NCBI RefSeq assembly: GCF_032191835.1
Contig: NC_083232.1
Coordinates: 45,632,001 to 45,696,000 of the forward strand
From: Heteronotia binoei
Lineage: Eukaryota
DNA: 64,000 bases
Direction of reading: 5' to 3'
Of the stretch, positions 62,333 to 64,000 are shown piece after piece. The notes under the pieces were generated by a model that made no database searches, was not told where the DNA came from, and was given only the letters and a program-made list of their open reading frames with translations. A program made the translations under genes and the position numbers. How positions within the stretch are numbered: the stretch's first letter is position 1; every line of letters begins with the position of its first letter.

Positions 62333-63238
62333 TGATAGAATAAATATAAGATTCATTAATTCAATGAAGAAGGAGATATAAAGCCTAAAGAAGCCCCCAC
62401 CCTTCCCCAGTTTTTGGCAGTTGAAGCTCTGTGTGTTTTTCTCTGATACTGGCTTCCTGCCTCCCTCGATGTGGCTTGGTGGTTAGGCCATTTCCTACTG
62501 CAGTTTCTCAGCAACCCTTTATTTTAAGTTTAGAGTTAGAACCCTCCCTTTCTGTTTCCTGCTCTTCATATATTATCTCTCTAGCCAGCATAAGTTACCT
62601 ATTTCTGGGGAAATGTTTTTCATGAACTAAGCAAGCCAAACTGTTATAAATCTATGATATTTAGCATGAAGAGTAGGGTAAGATATGGTACAAATAATTA
62701 GCCACTAGGGCAAAATTAGTTTTAGAGCTGTATACTCAGTTGAGTCATGCGCACTGTTACTGCATAGATAAGAGGTGTCGGAACTGGGAACTTCAAAGGG
62801 CACCTGCAGAGTGTTTGTTTGAAATGCAGAATCACAGGGTTAGTAAAGTTCACAATATGGAGTCGGTTGTGCTAACCGAGTACCATTCTAGCTAAGCATA
62901 TAGATAAAGTTACAAGTTTTGACAAGAGGAAGTGTTGCTGGGCGGATGTTTGTACCTTTGTGCCTTATATGGTCATAGCCTTAGCCTTTAACCGGCCGTG
63001 GAACTAGACTGTGAGCTCTGCGTCCAATGGCAGTTAGCCTCAGAGCAAGATAGGGATGACGTCGGGAACCCTATAAAGGCAACGGTTTGACCCAAAAACA
63101 GGCAGAGAGGTGACTCTGTCCTTTGTCTCTCTCTCCACTTTTGCAAAGGTGACAATAAAGCTGTTTTCTCTGAACAACAAAGCCTCCTGCCTGGTAATTG
63201 GTATCTGGTCAGAGGCTCAGCCCCAAATCCGGTTAACA
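62333..63238 (+). mobile_element. Candidate solo LTR (ERV-like), 906 bp
   Basis: TG...CA termini flanked by a CTAT/CTAT 4-bp duplication. Ordered CCAAT (63024), TGACGTC (63057), TATAAA (63072) and AATAAA (63154). The left boundary rests mainly on the 4-bp TSD. Confidence 0.55.
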
Positions 63239-63581
63239 CTATGACTTAGCTTCTGCTGACTTTCACTTCCCTGTGCCATGGATTTCCATGACACCTGATA
63301 AGCCTGCCATCTCCAGCTGAGGCATCAACTTGTGAGAACTTAACCACTGCCCCCATTCCCTGTTCATCGTACTTACAGAATTTCCTTTGCAGTGTGAAAA
63401 ATGTAGGATATAGAGTTATGGAGAAACATGTCATTTGAGACTAGGTGTAAATACAGCACAAGACCCAATATATTTACATTTGACAGGGTCAAACTCCATG
63501 TTACATTTTGTAATGAGTTGGGTCCAACTTCCCCATACCTGACTTGCTTTCACCTTAGCTTCACAATTTTAAAAAAAGGTA

Positions 63582-64000
63582 AAGGTAGTCCCCTGTGCAA
63601 GCACCAGTCATTTCCGACTCTGGAGAGCCAGTTTGGTGTAATGGTTAAGTGTGCAGACTCTTATCTGAGAGAACCGGGTTTGATTCCCCACTCCACTTGC
63701 ACCTGCTACATGGTCTTGGGTCAGCCATAGCTCTGGCAGAGGTTGTCCTTGAAAGGGCAGCTGCTGTGAGAGCCCTCCAGCCCCACCCACCTCACAGGGT
63801 GTCTGTTGTGGGGAGGAAGGTAAAGGAGATTGTGAGCCGCTCTGAGACTCTTCGGAGTGGAGGGTGGGATATAAATCCAATATCTTCATCTTCTTCTTCG
63901 TCACATCACGATATTTTCACAGCAGACTTTTTTACATGGTGGTTTGCCATTGCTTTCCCCAGTCATCTACACTTTCCCTCAGCAAGCTGGGTACTCATTT
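63582..64000 (-). mobile_element. Sauria SINE running off the window end, interrupted by a SINE
   Basis: AAAGGTAAAGGTAGTCCCCTGTGCAAGCACC tail reverse complement. Resumes at 63900 with GTGGTTTGCCATTGC...CAGCAAGCTGGGTACTCATTT. Confidence 0.82.
63623..63899 (+). mobile_element. tRNA/CORE SINE (Squam3-like), nested in a Sauria SINE
   Basis: Same family as 54474, full length with (CTT)n tail. Confidence 0.87.

Overview
Vertebrate (squamate reptile, probably a gecko, inferred from Sauria-type and Squam3-type SINEs) genomic window with one recognisable protein-coding gene, SDHAF3 (ACN9/LYRM10) on the + strand. It has two coding exons, 14768-14950 and 49191-49394 (128 aa, LYR motif), joined by a 34.2 kb phase-0 GT-AG intron. 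A CpG island at about 8430-9270 is the likely promoter, which implies a non-coding first exon. The rest is intronic or intergenic DNA densely filled with repeats: CR1, L2 and L1 LINE fragments, tRNA- and 5S-derived SINEs, hAT MITEs (several with exact 8-bp TSDs), young CpG-rich PIF/Harbinger-like elements, candidate solo LTRs, a Penelope-like remnant, microsatellites and two N gaps. The most unusual structures are a 5-unit tandem array in which each ~101-bp unit folds into hairpins, a near-perfect 132-bp fold-back element just past the SDHAF3 3' end, a 79-nt pre-miRNA-shaped intronic hairpin, an L1 that appears to keep both ends but lack its middle, a candidate poison exon, and several candidate enhancer-like motif clusters. 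No prokaryotic-type system (CRISPR, operon etc.) is present. Repeat family names come from recalled motif patterns, not database searches; nearly all other ORFs in the track are spurious or TE-derived.
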